NCBI GenBank assembly: GCA_964349065.1
Contig: CAYGEY010000001.1
Location: 4,261 to 68,260 of the forward strand
Direction: 5' to 3'
Source of the DNA: an uncultured Candidatus Peribacteria bacterium
GTDB taxonomy: Bacteria > Patescibacteriota > Gracilibacteria > 1-14-2-50-48-13
DNA: 64,000 bases
Below, piece after piece: positions 16,106 to 25,510 of this stretch; position 1 is the first letter of the stretch, and every line of letters begins with the position of its first letter. The position numbers and the translations under genes were made by a program. The notes below the pieces were generated by a model, which saw nothing but the letters and a program-made list of their open reading frames with translations, ran no database searches and had not been told where the DNA came from.

Positions 16106-16543
16106 CTATTCAACCTTTATAGGATAACTAAACAGTGGTTTTGCATTTTTGCCGTCCACTTCAATCATCAAAATATCTCCGTCAGTTACCGTGTGGTCTG
16201 TGATATAGCAAGCGTCTGCAAGTTTTATTTGAGGCAACTCTAGAGATGTAATCAAAGAATAATGTCTATCCTCAGGACACCCGACATTTCTTCCAAATAC
16301 TCCAGGACAAGCATCCCAAAACATATCTTCAAACCCGTCACTATCTGTATCCTGACACCCGACCACACCATGAAACCTTTGATCAAGATTATAATAAAAA
16401 GGACAGAGATCTGCATCATCTTGAAAACCGTCATTATCTATGTCACTACCGGCAGCATAAGTAAAATGACCTATACTCAGTAATAAACAAAGAAAGAGTT
16501 TAACGAGTACCCGAAGGATCTGCACAGTCTGCGCCTTGAACAT
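16106..16543 (-). CDS. secreted Cys-rich protein with thrombospondin type-3-like Ca-binding motifs
   Basis: DIDNDGFQDDADLCP and DTDSDGFEDMFWDACP (DxDxDGxxD). The track start 16564 is TTG and the first ATG is at 16543, giving a signal peptide. Overlaps the upstream gene's stop (16500). Confidence 0.45.
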   Translation of the reverse strand: MFKAQTVQILRVLVKLFLCLLLSIGHFTYAAGSDIDNDGFQDDADLCPFYYNLDQRFHGVVGCQDTDSDGFEDMFWDACPGVFGRNVGCPEDRHYSLITSLELPQIKLADACYITDHTVTDGDILMIEVDGKNAKPLFSYPIKVE

Positions 16544-18161
16544 ATTGGTGGTTATGACAAACAAAGTTTAATCTCTTATATGCCTCCTCTGCAAGTGAAT
16601 TAATTCCTTGGCCATCATGAAATGAAGAGAACATGTTTCTCCAATAACTATTATGAAAGAAAGATAATGTATCCTGTCCGGCATTCTCATATGAGCTTTT
16701 GATGGATTCATAAAGTTTCCTTTCCTGGCATCTAGCCTCACTGGTAGCCACTAATGAGGATGAATAAATCTGCGTATAAACCTCCTGCGGAATAAAAGAA
16801 GCATTCAATTCGGTTTTTAAACTACAAGAAACGTTACCACTTTTTTGGATATTCGTAGTACTTTCTCCAGCCAGTATACTATTTTTTTGTAAGGCAGATT
16901 TCATACTCATAAGATCCTGCAGTTTTTTCAATTGATCCTTCACATCATTAAAGGCTTTCGTCACTTTCGCAATCGAGCCCTCAACTGTACTACTAAGCGC
17001 CTCCCACGTCTTCGTCAAAGTATCTCCTGCCTTAGTCACAGACTCGGTAATATCCGTCCACGCCGTACCGAAGCTCTCCATCACCTTCCCGAATTCACTT
17101 CCGGATGTCAGAAGCGAATCCCAAGACGCCGTTAATTGCTCAAGTTGAAACCCTGCAGGGTAACAGGCAGATATTTTTCCATCTTGAGATCTGGAAGGTG
17201 GAATAGGATTTGTATAAATATTTGCGGTGAATGGATTAATAAGTAGTCCGACCTTCACGGCGATTCTGATTTGAGTATCCCCACAATCCCCATCCTCATT
17301 CTGACATTTTTCTAAATCTAATAAAAGTGATGCATCTCCCAGTGTTGTTCGAAGTGTCACCAGGTTAGGGTACATCGACGGCTGTCGAGTCTTATACATT
17401 TTTCCCAAAAGCATACCGTATGTTTGATACAAAGTTTTTTTATAAATCGACGCAACTCCTGAAAGCCGCTCGATACCCACAGGCGTCGGAGCCAAATCTG
17501 TTTTATCAAGAACTGCTTTTTTCGCTTTAATAAAATCAGCATACAACGTTGAATACATCAAATATCGACCTAAAACAGATTGGTAGAGTGGTAGTTTTTT
17601 GTTATTCACATCAACATCCAACCAAAGTAGTGGATCACCCTTGGTATCCGCCCTCATACTACAAGTGAGAGATGATCGGTACGCTAACTCGCGAAGTTTC
17701 TCAAATTTCTGTGTTATTTCATCATTATCCAGATCAAACATTGCTGTATTGCCACTAAATGTTATCGCTAAAAACGAATCCACCCCCCCGGAAACATTTG
17801 CATTATAATCAATTATTTTTTTCACTTCCTCCCAGTTGGACATCAAAGAAGTAGACAGGATATCGGGTATGGGCTCTGCGTTTAGATTCATCCTCTGAGA
17901 AAGCGGAACAGGATCAAATGGATCTTTATAAATATCAAAACCCAATATTGTCTCTTTTGAAACACCGCACTGTTTTATACGACTATCAGTATTGCTGTCA
18001 TACTGATCTTCCACTTGTGCAATAAATGTATCCATATCTTCAATAAAAGCACGAGTTGTCACAGGTGATATGCAGGCACTTTGAAAGGTACCGGCGACAG
18101 CTACCCCAGTGGTAATAAATAGAACACACAGAGAACAAATTATTTTTAGTTTATTTACCAT
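16500..18161 (-). CDS. orphan secreted protein (553 aa)
   Basis: Signal peptide MVNKLKIICSLCVLFITTGVAVA. The ATG overlaps the upstream gene's 3' end by 11 nt. No family recognised. Confidence 0.65.
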   Translation of the reverse strand: MVNKLKIICSLCVLFITTGVAVAGTFQSACISPVTTRAFIEDMDTFIAQVEDQYDSNTDSRIKQCGVSKETILGFDIYKDPFDPVPLSQRMNLNAEPIPDILSTSLMSNWEEVKKIIDYNANVSGGVDSFLAITFSGNTAMFDLDNDEITQKFEKLRELAYRSSLTCSMRADTKGDPLLWLDVDVNNKKLPLYQSVLGRYLMYSTLYADFIKAKKAVLDKTDLAPTPVGIERLSGVASIYKKTLYQTYGMLLGKMYKTRQPSMYPNLVTLRTTLGDASLLLDLEKCQNEDGDCGDTQIRIAVKVGLLINPFTANIYTNPIPPSRSQDGKISACYPAGFQLEQLTASWDSLLTSGSEFGKVMESFGTAWTDITESVTKAGDTLTKTWEALSSTVEGSIAKVTKAFNDVKDQLKKLQDLMSMKSALQKNSILAGESTTNIQKSGNVSCSLKTELNASFIPQEVYTQIYSSSLVATSEARCQERKLYESIKSSYENAGQDTLSFFHNSYWRNMFSSFHDGQGINSLAEEAYKRLNFVCHNHQYVQGADCADPSGTR

Positions 18162-19905
18162 CTTTATTTTTACTTTTAATTATGGGGCTATTTGGAATTT
18201 TACTTATATCATCAAACGTTTTCATAAGTTTCTTAAGTTTCTCAAAACCTACAGTCATAGCATTCAGCTGTGCACCAATCAACTTTTGAAAAATGGGAAC
18301 ACTTTCGAGATAACTTCTAACGAGCGCGGTTTTTTTCATATTTTCCAAAGTTTGTTCATTCTCTTTCTGATACTGCTCAATCATCGATGTATAGGTTGTA
18401 ATATTTTCAGAATAATCCTCTTTATTCAGAATAAGCGAAATCTTGTCACTCAGTGAATCAATATTCTTTTTTGCATCTTTCAAGGTATCTGTCGTAAATA
18501 TCTGCGACGGCTGAAGGTTTGAAAAAATAGGAACACTGACGATATCAAACCGTGGTGGAATAAGGGTGAGTTCAAGTGAAGTAAAGCCAAGATCAAACAC
18601 TGCCCTTGGATATGATCTCGTCATATTGTTCTTATCATTCATCTGATTCGCGATATTTTTGAGACTGTCAAAATTTGTTACGATAGCAAGCGGCCGCATA
18701 ACTAATCCATAATCCGCAGGTTTGGGGCTACTGAAGACAAACTCAAGTTTTGCACATATATCAGCAAGAGCGTCAAAATATTTCTTACCGTCAGGACCCG
18801 CCTGCGCTTCTGGCCGAATGCATGCATTTTTATTAAAGTTTTCCTGAAACGTACGAATATTATTTTCGCCGATAAGTGTACCAACACCTCCAGTCACAAG
18901 ATTCAAAGCACCGGATGCGACATCCGATGTAGCTCCTACAGGATTCGGATATGTATCAAGCGGCTGTTTAAATCCTTGGGATAATTGTAAAAACGCATTC
19001 AGCGCCTGTGCACTATCTTGGTATTCTACCAACTTCTCAGCAATTCCCTGCTTCAGATTTGGTAAATCTACAGTATTGGTCTTGAGTTCCGGATTGAGCA
19101 AACACGCAGGAGCCTCTTGCTTCAGAGCAGTTTTCAAAGTACCTGCGACATCATTCACCTTCTTTGTCTTATCGACATCAGTACTTACAATAGATCCAAT
19201 GGAACTAAGTGATTTCTTTCCAAGTAATGTATCAACCAAGCCGGAATTTTGTTTAAAAAAATCATTGATCGTAATAATATTCCCACCTGAAAAAGCAGGA
19301 CTATCCTTGAGAAATCCGGTACCCTTGCGAGTAAAAAGTGAATTCTCAAGATTCGTTAACTCCGCGATATAATCATACCCGGAGTTACCGCTATCCCCGT
19401 CATTAAATAGATTGATATACTTCGCGAGTACAAACGTTGTACCAAAATCAATATTTCGAGTAAGCATCTGCTTCTGATCAGCCAACTCATTGAGATATAT
19501 TGCAACGCGCTGGGCATCATTCTGCCCGGTAAATGTACAACTATTTGCATCACATTTTTCAATGCCTCCCGGAATCTCCGGATCAGATCTACCATATTTC
19601 CCCATAAACTCCAACTTAGTCTGCGTCTTCGGGAAGTCTTCAATATCATTATAAACCCGAAGATACACATCCTCCAATTGGTTATCCTGGTACGGAAACT
19701 GAGCCTGGACCGGGACATTTTGTATCTGATTATTATGAGACTTCTCAAAATATTGTTCCGAGTTATACATTTCAATAATGTGCTCCAACTCTGTGTAGGC
19801 TTCATATCTACTTTGCACAACATCCGTAGCAGCAAGAACACTACCTGACTGCAGCAATGAAAAGATAATGACACCCAAATTGAGAATATGAAGTTTTTTT
19901 ATCAT
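18151..19905 (-). CDS. orphan secreted protein (584 aa)
   Basis: Signal peptide MIKKLHILNLGVIIFSLLQSGSVLA; ATGA start/stop overlap with the upstream gene (19902-19905). Confidence 0.65.
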   Translation of the reverse strand: MIKKLHILNLGVIIFSLLQSGSVLAATDVVQSRYEAYTELEHIIEMYNSEQYFEKSHNNQIQNVPVQAQFPYQDNQLEDVYLRVYNDIEDFPKTQTKLEFMGKYGRSDPEIPGGIEKCDANSCTFTGQNDAQRVAIYLNELADQKQMLTRNIDFGTTFVLAKYINLFNDGDSGNSGYDYIAELTNLENSLFTRKGTGFLKDSPAFSGGNIITINDFFKQNSGLVDTLLGKKSLSSIGSIVSTDVDKTKKVNDVAGTLKTALKQEAPACLLNPELKTNTVDLPNLKQGIAEKLVEYQDSAQALNAFLQLSQGFKQPLDTYPNPVGATSDVASGALNLVTGGVGTLIGENNIRTFQENFNKNACIRPEAQAGPDGKKYFDALADICAKLEFVFSSPKPADYGLVMRPLAIVTNFDSLKNIANQMNDKNNMTRSYPRAVFDLGFTSLELTLIPPRFDIVSVPIFSNLQPSQIFTTDTLKDAKKNIDSLSDKISLILNKEDYSENITTYTSMIEQYQKENEQTLENMKKTALVRSYLESVPIFQKLIGAQLNAMTVGFEKLKKLMKTFDDISKIPNSPIIKSKNKDGK

Positions 19906-21128
19906 TTTGGTTTTTTTACGTCCTTCGTGGCCGGGAATTTATTCACTAATGTGAGCCAAATACGGGTAATCTTGTCTATAGATGATTCAAGTTTTGTCAC
20001 TTCTGTTTCCAGTTTTTTGATCATCAGGTGCTCAGGGTATGTCAAAAGAAAATCATCAAACACTATGAGAGAAATATCTTTTGCCATACGAGCCTTTTCG
20101 ATCTCTTGTGCTGTCGATGTAACATCAGTGATATTTTGAGTAGTCCGTATACCATCATCTGCAATACCCGGAAACTTCAGCGGAGATTTGTTATTTGGAG
20201 CATTGTAGGAAACATTTCTTGCGGTATTAAACCAATTCTCGAATTCTAATTGGAACATAGCAGGCTTATCGGCAATATCCCGATTTTGCGTGAGAAACTC
20301 TGCATACGAGAGAAACTCGGATTCAATGATCTGGCGGAGAAAGACACTGGGATTACTTGTAGAATTCGGCCCCTGAAATTGTTCCAATTTCTTCTGATAG
20401 GTGTTATAAAAATCCTCTTCGCCACTAAGCTCTTCAATAAACCGAGTTTTTATAGTTGGATCTGAATTATAAATGGTACTCACATTATCAATCACATGTT
20501 GATTGATTATCCCTTGTCCGAAATAATCACTAAGGTTTTTCGGGATCGGAATTTCTTGTCCACCAAGCATAAGTCGGTCCGACTTAAAAACAATTGGGGA
20601 ATAACAAAACGGATCTAATGCAAACCGCTTCAATGACGAATTCTTAAAATATTCATCTTTTGGTTTATTCTGAGTTCCCAATGCTAAATTTGCAATACCT
20701 GCATTTACATCTGCCACCGCACCTATAACCGCATTATTTTCCTTTGTGCTATTCCCGTTTATTTTCTTTTCCTTCTCCTCATAATACTGTGCCGTCGCCA
20801 ACATAGCTGCATTCAGATAACAATTGATAGCATAATGATACATTTTAGGAACAATCACTTCAGCCCCAAGTGAATCCATCACATAAAAAGTTTTTATATC
20901 AGAATCTTTTTTGATTTCATATCTTGGAATATACTCACCCTTTTCAGGATCAGACGCATAAAAACTAACAGTAGATGCATCTTTCTTCGCATTTTCGATT
21001 ATATTCGTCACTGACTCAGATGCCGGATACAAGGTATATGGATAAAATATCTCTTCTGCCAAAGCAAAAGTAACATTCATACAACCAAAGGAAATCATCA
21101 AACTAACAGACAATAATTTTTTTATCAT
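19902..21128 (-). CDS. orphan secreted protein (408 aa)
   Basis: Signal peptide MIKKLLSVSLMISFGCMNVTFALA; ATGA overlap with the upstream gene (21125-21128). Confidence 0.65.
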   Translation of the reverse strand: MIKKLLSVSLMISFGCMNVTFALAEEIFYPYTLYPASESVTNIIENAKKDASTVSFYASDPEKGEYIPRYEIKKDSDIKTFYVMDSLGAEVIVPKMYHYAINCYLNAAMLATAQYYEEKEKKINGNSTKENNAVIGAVADVNAGIANLALGTQNKPKDEYFKNSSLKRFALDPFCYSPIVFKSDRLMLGGQEIPIPKNLSDYFGQGIINQHVIDNVSTIYNSDPTIKTRFIEELSGEEDFYNTYQKKLEQFQGPNSTSNPSVFLRQIIESEFLSYAEFLTQNRDIADKPAMFQLEFENWFNTARNVSYNAPNNKSPLKFPGIADDGIRTTQNITDVTSTAQEIEKARMAKDISLIVFDDFLLTYPEHLMIKKLETEVTKLESSIDKITRIWLTLVNKFPATKDVKKPK

Positions 21129-21739
21129 AATGGATCTTTTACAAGCTCATGGATGGTCTGTACGCCTTTACTTAGAGTTGTAAGTATTTCTTGTTGAAAA
21201 AACGTCAAAAATGTCTGAAATTTTGAAACAAATAACTCCAACCTCTTTGTCATGAAATATGTTTTTTGTTGAAAGATAATTCGATACAGAACTTCCTGTG
21301 CAATTATTTCTTCACGTTGATTTAAAAAACGTGCCTTTTCCTGGCAGGCAGCCGTAGATGAAGCTGTTCCTTCATGAGATACATCGATTGATATTATATT
21401 CCCTGACGCATCATACGTATTATTTTTGGCATCCAATTGCTGACATTCTGCGAAATCAGTAGCGAGATTGTTACAGTAGGAATCCAGATCATTGTGCAGA
21501 TTGCTCAGAGCATTTTTTGTATGCAGAACAACTTCCTGAGCCGCCATTGTTATTTGAATGGTAAATTTTTCAAGATCTGATTCAAACACATTCACTCGAT
21601 CCTGTAACTTACCTATAGCAAGATTTGTGCATGTTTGCGTGTCAGCGAAAGCAACTTGAAAAGTAGATCCCACAAGAAATGAAATGAGGATAGTTGATAT
21701 GATGTACCGAACTGTATTTTTTGTGTTTATGTTGAGCAT
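21125..21739 (-). CDS. orphan secreted/membrane-anchored helical protein (204 aa)
   Basis: N-terminal hydrophobic anchor IISTILISFLVGSTFQVAFA; 4 Cys. An extended -10 (TGgTATAAT on the minus strand, 21766-21774) lies upstream. Confidence 0.6.
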   Translation of the reverse strand: MLNINTKNTVRYIISTILISFLVGSTFQVAFADTQTCTNLAIGKLQDRVNVFESDLEKFTIQITMAAQEVVLHTKNALSNLHNDLDSYCNNLATDFAECQQLDAKNNTYDASGNIISIDVSHEGTASSTAACQEKARFLNQREEIIAQEVLYRIIFQQKTYFMTKRLELFVSKFQTFLTFFQQEILTTLSKGVQTIHELVKDPL

Positions 21740-21892
21740 TTTTTATATTGTCCTGATGTAGGTACATTATACCATAAACAGTAGGTTTTTTGCGAGGATT
21801 TCATTTTAAAATCCCCAAGAATTATTCTTCTGTTTTTTTGTACTTAAAAATCATTTCTACCTAGGGAGAAATTGTCCCCAGGTAAAGATCAA

Positions 21893-22993
21893 TTAGACCG
21901 GTATATTTTTGTACTCAATTTGTTGTATAGTACTACTTAATTTCTTCGGAGTTTCAATCGTAAAAAAATCCGGAGCAATCGTAGAAAGTATGATTTTCAA
22001 CGTAAACAGAAGCGCCAAACCGCTGAGTATTCGGATAAGATTACCAATCGCCTTTTTTTGAGCCTCTTCACTCCCTCCCATGAACATCATCTGAATCCCG
22101 GAAACCACCACTCCAATAATAGCTATTCCGATGAGAAGTGTTTGAATCGTTTGAAATGCAAAAAGTGCAAAACCCGCAACGACACCAATACTTCCGGTGT
22201 GCGTGAGGATGGCTTGGCAGAGTTTATTTTTTTGAGAAGAGTCAGCTAAATTTACTTGAAATATGTCCATAACTTTTGATGGTGGCATTCCCTTTGTTGT
22301 AGGTACCGGGGTACGACCAGTAAGTATTTCTTGAGTCACACTGACACAATACGAATCTTTCATACTTCCACTCAGTAAACTGACAGGAACAGGATCCAAA
22401 AAATCTGTACACGCTAAATCGATGTTTGTAGTATTTTGAGATGTAGCTTTTTCATTTTGAGTTTTAGTTGTACTAGAATCGGGACTTGTTGAATCAACCT
22501 TTGGTGGAGTTTGATTCAGATACAAACCTGTAGCATTATCAATTGCCCCTTTACCCGCAACACACTGCACAGTACTACTTTCTGATAGTGATGCTAATGC
22601 TATAGAAGCTAGTTCACAAGGGGTACCAAGCACACCCATACTCTGCATTTTCCCACTTTTCTCACCATAGAGTTTAGTAAAATCACAAGTAATCCCTCCA
22701 CCATTGCCAGTACAGCCATTTTTGTCACATTTAAATGCACTTAAATCAATCTGACAAACAGCATCAGACGGCTTCCAAACGCTATTTATTGGGGCAAAAA
22801 GAGGAGCTAAATCTTTTGAAGTATCACAGGTGTTTGTTGCACCTCCTGCAGCACCGGTGGTTCCTGTGTTGGGAGCGATTACATCAGGCTTACAAGTCTC
22901 TATACCATCTTTAAGAACACAAGCAGCTTCTGTAACATTCCCACCCATCATCACCAAACTAAATACCACACCAACCAATACTTTATTTCTCAT
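21893..22993 (-). CDS. Cys-rich surface protein with a C-terminal TrbC/VirB2-like (T4SS-pilin-type) two-helix domain
   Basis: The track start is TTG; first ATG at 22993 (MRNKVLVGVVFSLVMMGGNVTEA). The C-terminus IGVVAGFALFAFQTIQTLLIGIAIIGVVVSGIQMMFMGGSEEAQKKAIGNLIRILSGLALLFTLKII matches the helix-loop-helix pattern of VirB2/TrbC-like pilins common in CPR genomes. Confidence 0.55.
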   Translation of the reverse strand: MRNKVLVGVVFSLVMMGGNVTEAACVLKDGIETCKPDVIAPNTGTTGAAGGATNTCDTSKDLAPLFAPINSVWKPSDAVCQIDLSAFKCDKNGCTGNGGGITCDFTKLYGEKSGKMQSMGVLGTPCELASIALASLSESSTVQCVAGKGAIDNATGLYLNQTPPKVDSTSPDSSTTKTQNEKATSQNTTNIDLACTDFLDPVPVSLLSGSMKDSYCVSVTQEILTGRTPVPTTKGMPPSKVMDIFQVNLADSSQKNKLCQAILTHTGSIGVVAGFALFAFQTIQTLLIGIAIIGVVVSGIQMMFMGGSEEAQKKAIGNLIRILSGLALLFTLKIILSTIAPDFFTIETPKKLSSTIQQIEYKNIPV

Positions 22994-23010
22994 AAAAAAA
23001 TTTATTAAAA

Positions 23011-25356
23011 TTAACTCCCCCTCACAATAACCCCAACCCGGACCCAACCATCTTTCCCTTGTGCCATCCCAACTCCGATATTCAGCGTCCCCGCCAACTT
23101 TTGCACATCCGGCAACAACTCAGTTACCAGATCACTAATACTTCCCATCTCAAAAACGTAAAAATGATAACTCCCCGGCACATTCAAACTCTTCACTTTA
23201 TCCGAAACCTGCCCTCCACCTTTCGTCAAAAACGTCATTGCTTCTATACTCGCCTGATAATTTGCCCACTCCTGAGCAATCCCTTCAAGTGACAAATCCC
23301 TCGTGGTTGCAACTCCGGAATTTTTCAAATCACTAAGCAACTTTACAATCAAACCATTAATATCAGTACTAAGCGTTCTTGCTGAAAAATGCTGTACAAA
23401 ATACCAACGGTCCTTCCCCTTTGCTATCCCAATCCCAATGAGTTCAGAGCTAGGATCCATGATATTCGCATAATGCCCTGGACTATTATGCCAGCCAGTA
23501 TACACATCTTCCACGACATTCTCCGTCGAGTACGCAATATTCTCGGAAATTTGAGGAATATATCCATATTGATCTTTCCAATCATTAACAAATTTTCCAT
23601 CAGGATCAGCATGATCAAAATAACTTCTCGCCGCCATATCCTCCGCTTTATGTTGGGCCAATTTTGAAAGATCACTACTAAATGTTAATGCCTTTACTGA
23701 CTTCTGAGAACGGTCTGCATTTGAAAGCGTGACTATCTTTTGAACATCCGTTTGTCCCGTGAGGTTCGGAGAAGACAATAAACTGCTCCCAATAGTACCA
23801 GTCCCCGTACTCCCCACATAAATCCCCCCCATATCTTTATATTCCGTGTAAGCATCATGCGAAAATACAGTCGATCTATTTGCGACATCCACTTGCACAA
23901 CAATTGGTTTCGTTACATCAACTGCTGTTACATAACTTTTATCAATATCTACGCCTGCCTCATTTGTTGTATAAAATACTTGAGACTTTCCATCTTGTTC
24001 CAAAGTAAGTTTCACCAACATAGGCTCCAACGTTTTAGTCCAATTTACAGAGAGAATGGCCTTAGTTGAATCATAAGATGCTGAAACTTCTCCTGAATAT
24101 GTTGATGAAGTCAAATGCTTATTTGACAATGAAATACATCTTATAGAAAGAGTCTGAGTATCATTATTATTTGTTGAGATTACCACACTGTATTGCCCCT
24201 CACTTACAAAATATAGTGGAATTTTAAAATTCACTGCACCTGTATTAAATGTTTTCTTAAAAATTTCCGTACTTCCTTTTTTAAACGTAACATACACACG
24301 ACTTACTGACGCATCAGTCGTACCGGAAAGTTCTAAAATTTCACCGGGAAGAACCATATTTGGCATGTCATGATCAAATGTCACACCAGTTATTACATTC
24401 CGAGAATAGACCTTTTTCTCCATTTTAGATAATGAACCGGAAACTTTATAAACTCTCCCTTTGAATGAACCCTTTTGCGTCGGAAAAAGAGAAGAAAAAC
24501 TACTCTTTGACATATCTAAGATTCCCCCCTTACTAAAGGGGCCGCGATCATTGATACGAACGAGCGTACTTTGCATTGTTTCTTCCGCAACCACTGAAAC
24601 CCATGTTCCAAAAGGAAATGTTTGATGCGATCCTGTGAACAAATCAGCATTATATACCTCCCCGCTTGATGTCTTTTTTCCAGCTAAACCATCTGCATAA
24701 TATGAAATCATGCCTCCTTCAAAAGCCGGAAATGAATTCAAATGATTATCAGCAATATACAAAACACGATAAAGCATATCCGCAACAATCCCGCGCGTAG
24801 CACTTTCCGTCAGTGGCAAATCGGCTTCGTACGAGCCATCAACTATATTTTTTTGAAAAGCAAAAAGCAAGTACGGGGCATACCATTCCTTTGTGTTGAT
24901 GGCATATGTTGCATAAGCACTATCTGACAATGATGGAATCCCGATATTCCCGACTGTCATCAATATTTTCATCAATTCCACCAATTTAATTGGATCATTT
25001 GGCCGAAATGTCTTGTCTGCATATCCCTTCACATAGCCCATAGCATATGCATTTGAAACATACGGCATATACCAAGCGCCTTTTACAAGATCCGAAAGAG
25101 GTGGCGTAGGACTGTTATCCGTCGATTTTTTATATCCAACATAGAGCATTTTCAATGCTTCCGCCCTATTTATTGATTGATCCGGCTTAAATGTTCCATC
25201 AGCATATCCTCCTATAACACCCTTTGCTTTTAATTCCTCAATTGCTGTAAAATACGGTGAGTTCTCAGTCACATCAGAAAACGCAGCGGCCTGTGCACTT
25301 CCAATACAAGTAAACAGAAAGAACAAAAATATCAGGAATTTTTTTAGATACACCAT
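23011..25356 (-). CDS. SLH-anchored cell-wall protein with RlpA-like DPBB (lytic transglycosylase-like) and CAP/SCP (YkwD-like) domains
   Basis: First ATG at 25356 (MVYLKKFLIFLFF...). SLH repeats: FSDVTENSPYFTAIEELKAKGVIGGYADGTFKPDQSINRAEALKM. RlpA-like: SYYADGLAGKKTSSGEVYN...VRINDRGPF. CAP: HKAEDMAARSYFDHADPDG...GWHNSPGHYANIMDP. Confidence 0.75.
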   Translation of the reverse strand: MVYLKKFLIFLFFLFTCIGSAQAAAFSDVTENSPYFTAIEELKAKGVIGGYADGTFKPDQSINRAEALKMLYVGYKKSTDNSPTPPLSDLVKGAWYMPYVSNAYAMGYVKGYADKTFRPNDPIKLVELMKILMTVGNIGIPSLSDSAYATYAINTKEWYAPYLLFAFQKNIVDGSYEADLPLTESATRGIVADMLYRVLYIADNHLNSFPAFEGGMISYYADGLAGKKTSSGEVYNADLFTGSHQTFPFGTWVSVVAEETMQSTLVRINDRGPFSKGGILDMSKSSFSSLFPTQKGSFKGRVYKVSGSLSKMEKKVYSRNVITGVTFDHDMPNMVLPGEILELSGTTDASVSRVYVTFKKGSTEIFKKTFNTGAVNFKIPLYFVSEGQYSVVISTNNNDTQTLSIRCISLSNKHLTSSTYSGEVSASYDSTKAILSVNWTKTLEPMLVKLTLEQDGKSQVFYTTNEAGVDIDKSYVTAVDVTKPIVVQVDVANRSTVFSHDAYTEYKDMGGIYVGSTGTGTIGSSLLSSPNLTGQTDVQKIVTLSNADRSQKSVKALTFSSDLSKLAQHKAEDMAARSYFDHADPDGKFVNDWKDQYGYIPQISENIAYSTENVVEDVYTGWHNSPGHYANIMDPSSELIGIGIAKGKDRWYFVQHFSARTLSTDINGLIVKLLSDLKNSGVATTRDLSLEGIAQEWANYQASIEAMTFLTKGGGQVSDKVKSLNVPGSYHFYVFEMGSISDLVTELLPDVQKLAGTLNIGVGMAQGKDGWVRVGVIVRGS

Positions 25357-25510
25357 ATGCACTAGGATAAGAAGATTACAAAAAGTATACGCATATTTTA
25401 TGTACTGACAAACATTGTATAACAAATAATATTGAAATGTTGCAAAAGACTTCCCTTGCAAAGTGTATTGAAGACTTTTACTCTAGAAGTCGAAATATTA
25501 AACCTACGTT

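Noticed and set aside
16106-25356. Calling the block a type IV secretion or conjugation system.
   Set aside because: Only a VirB2/TrbC-like domain and a wall hydrolase-like domain are present. No VirB4/VirD4/VirB6/relaxase homologs occur in the window, so the T4SS label is not supported.
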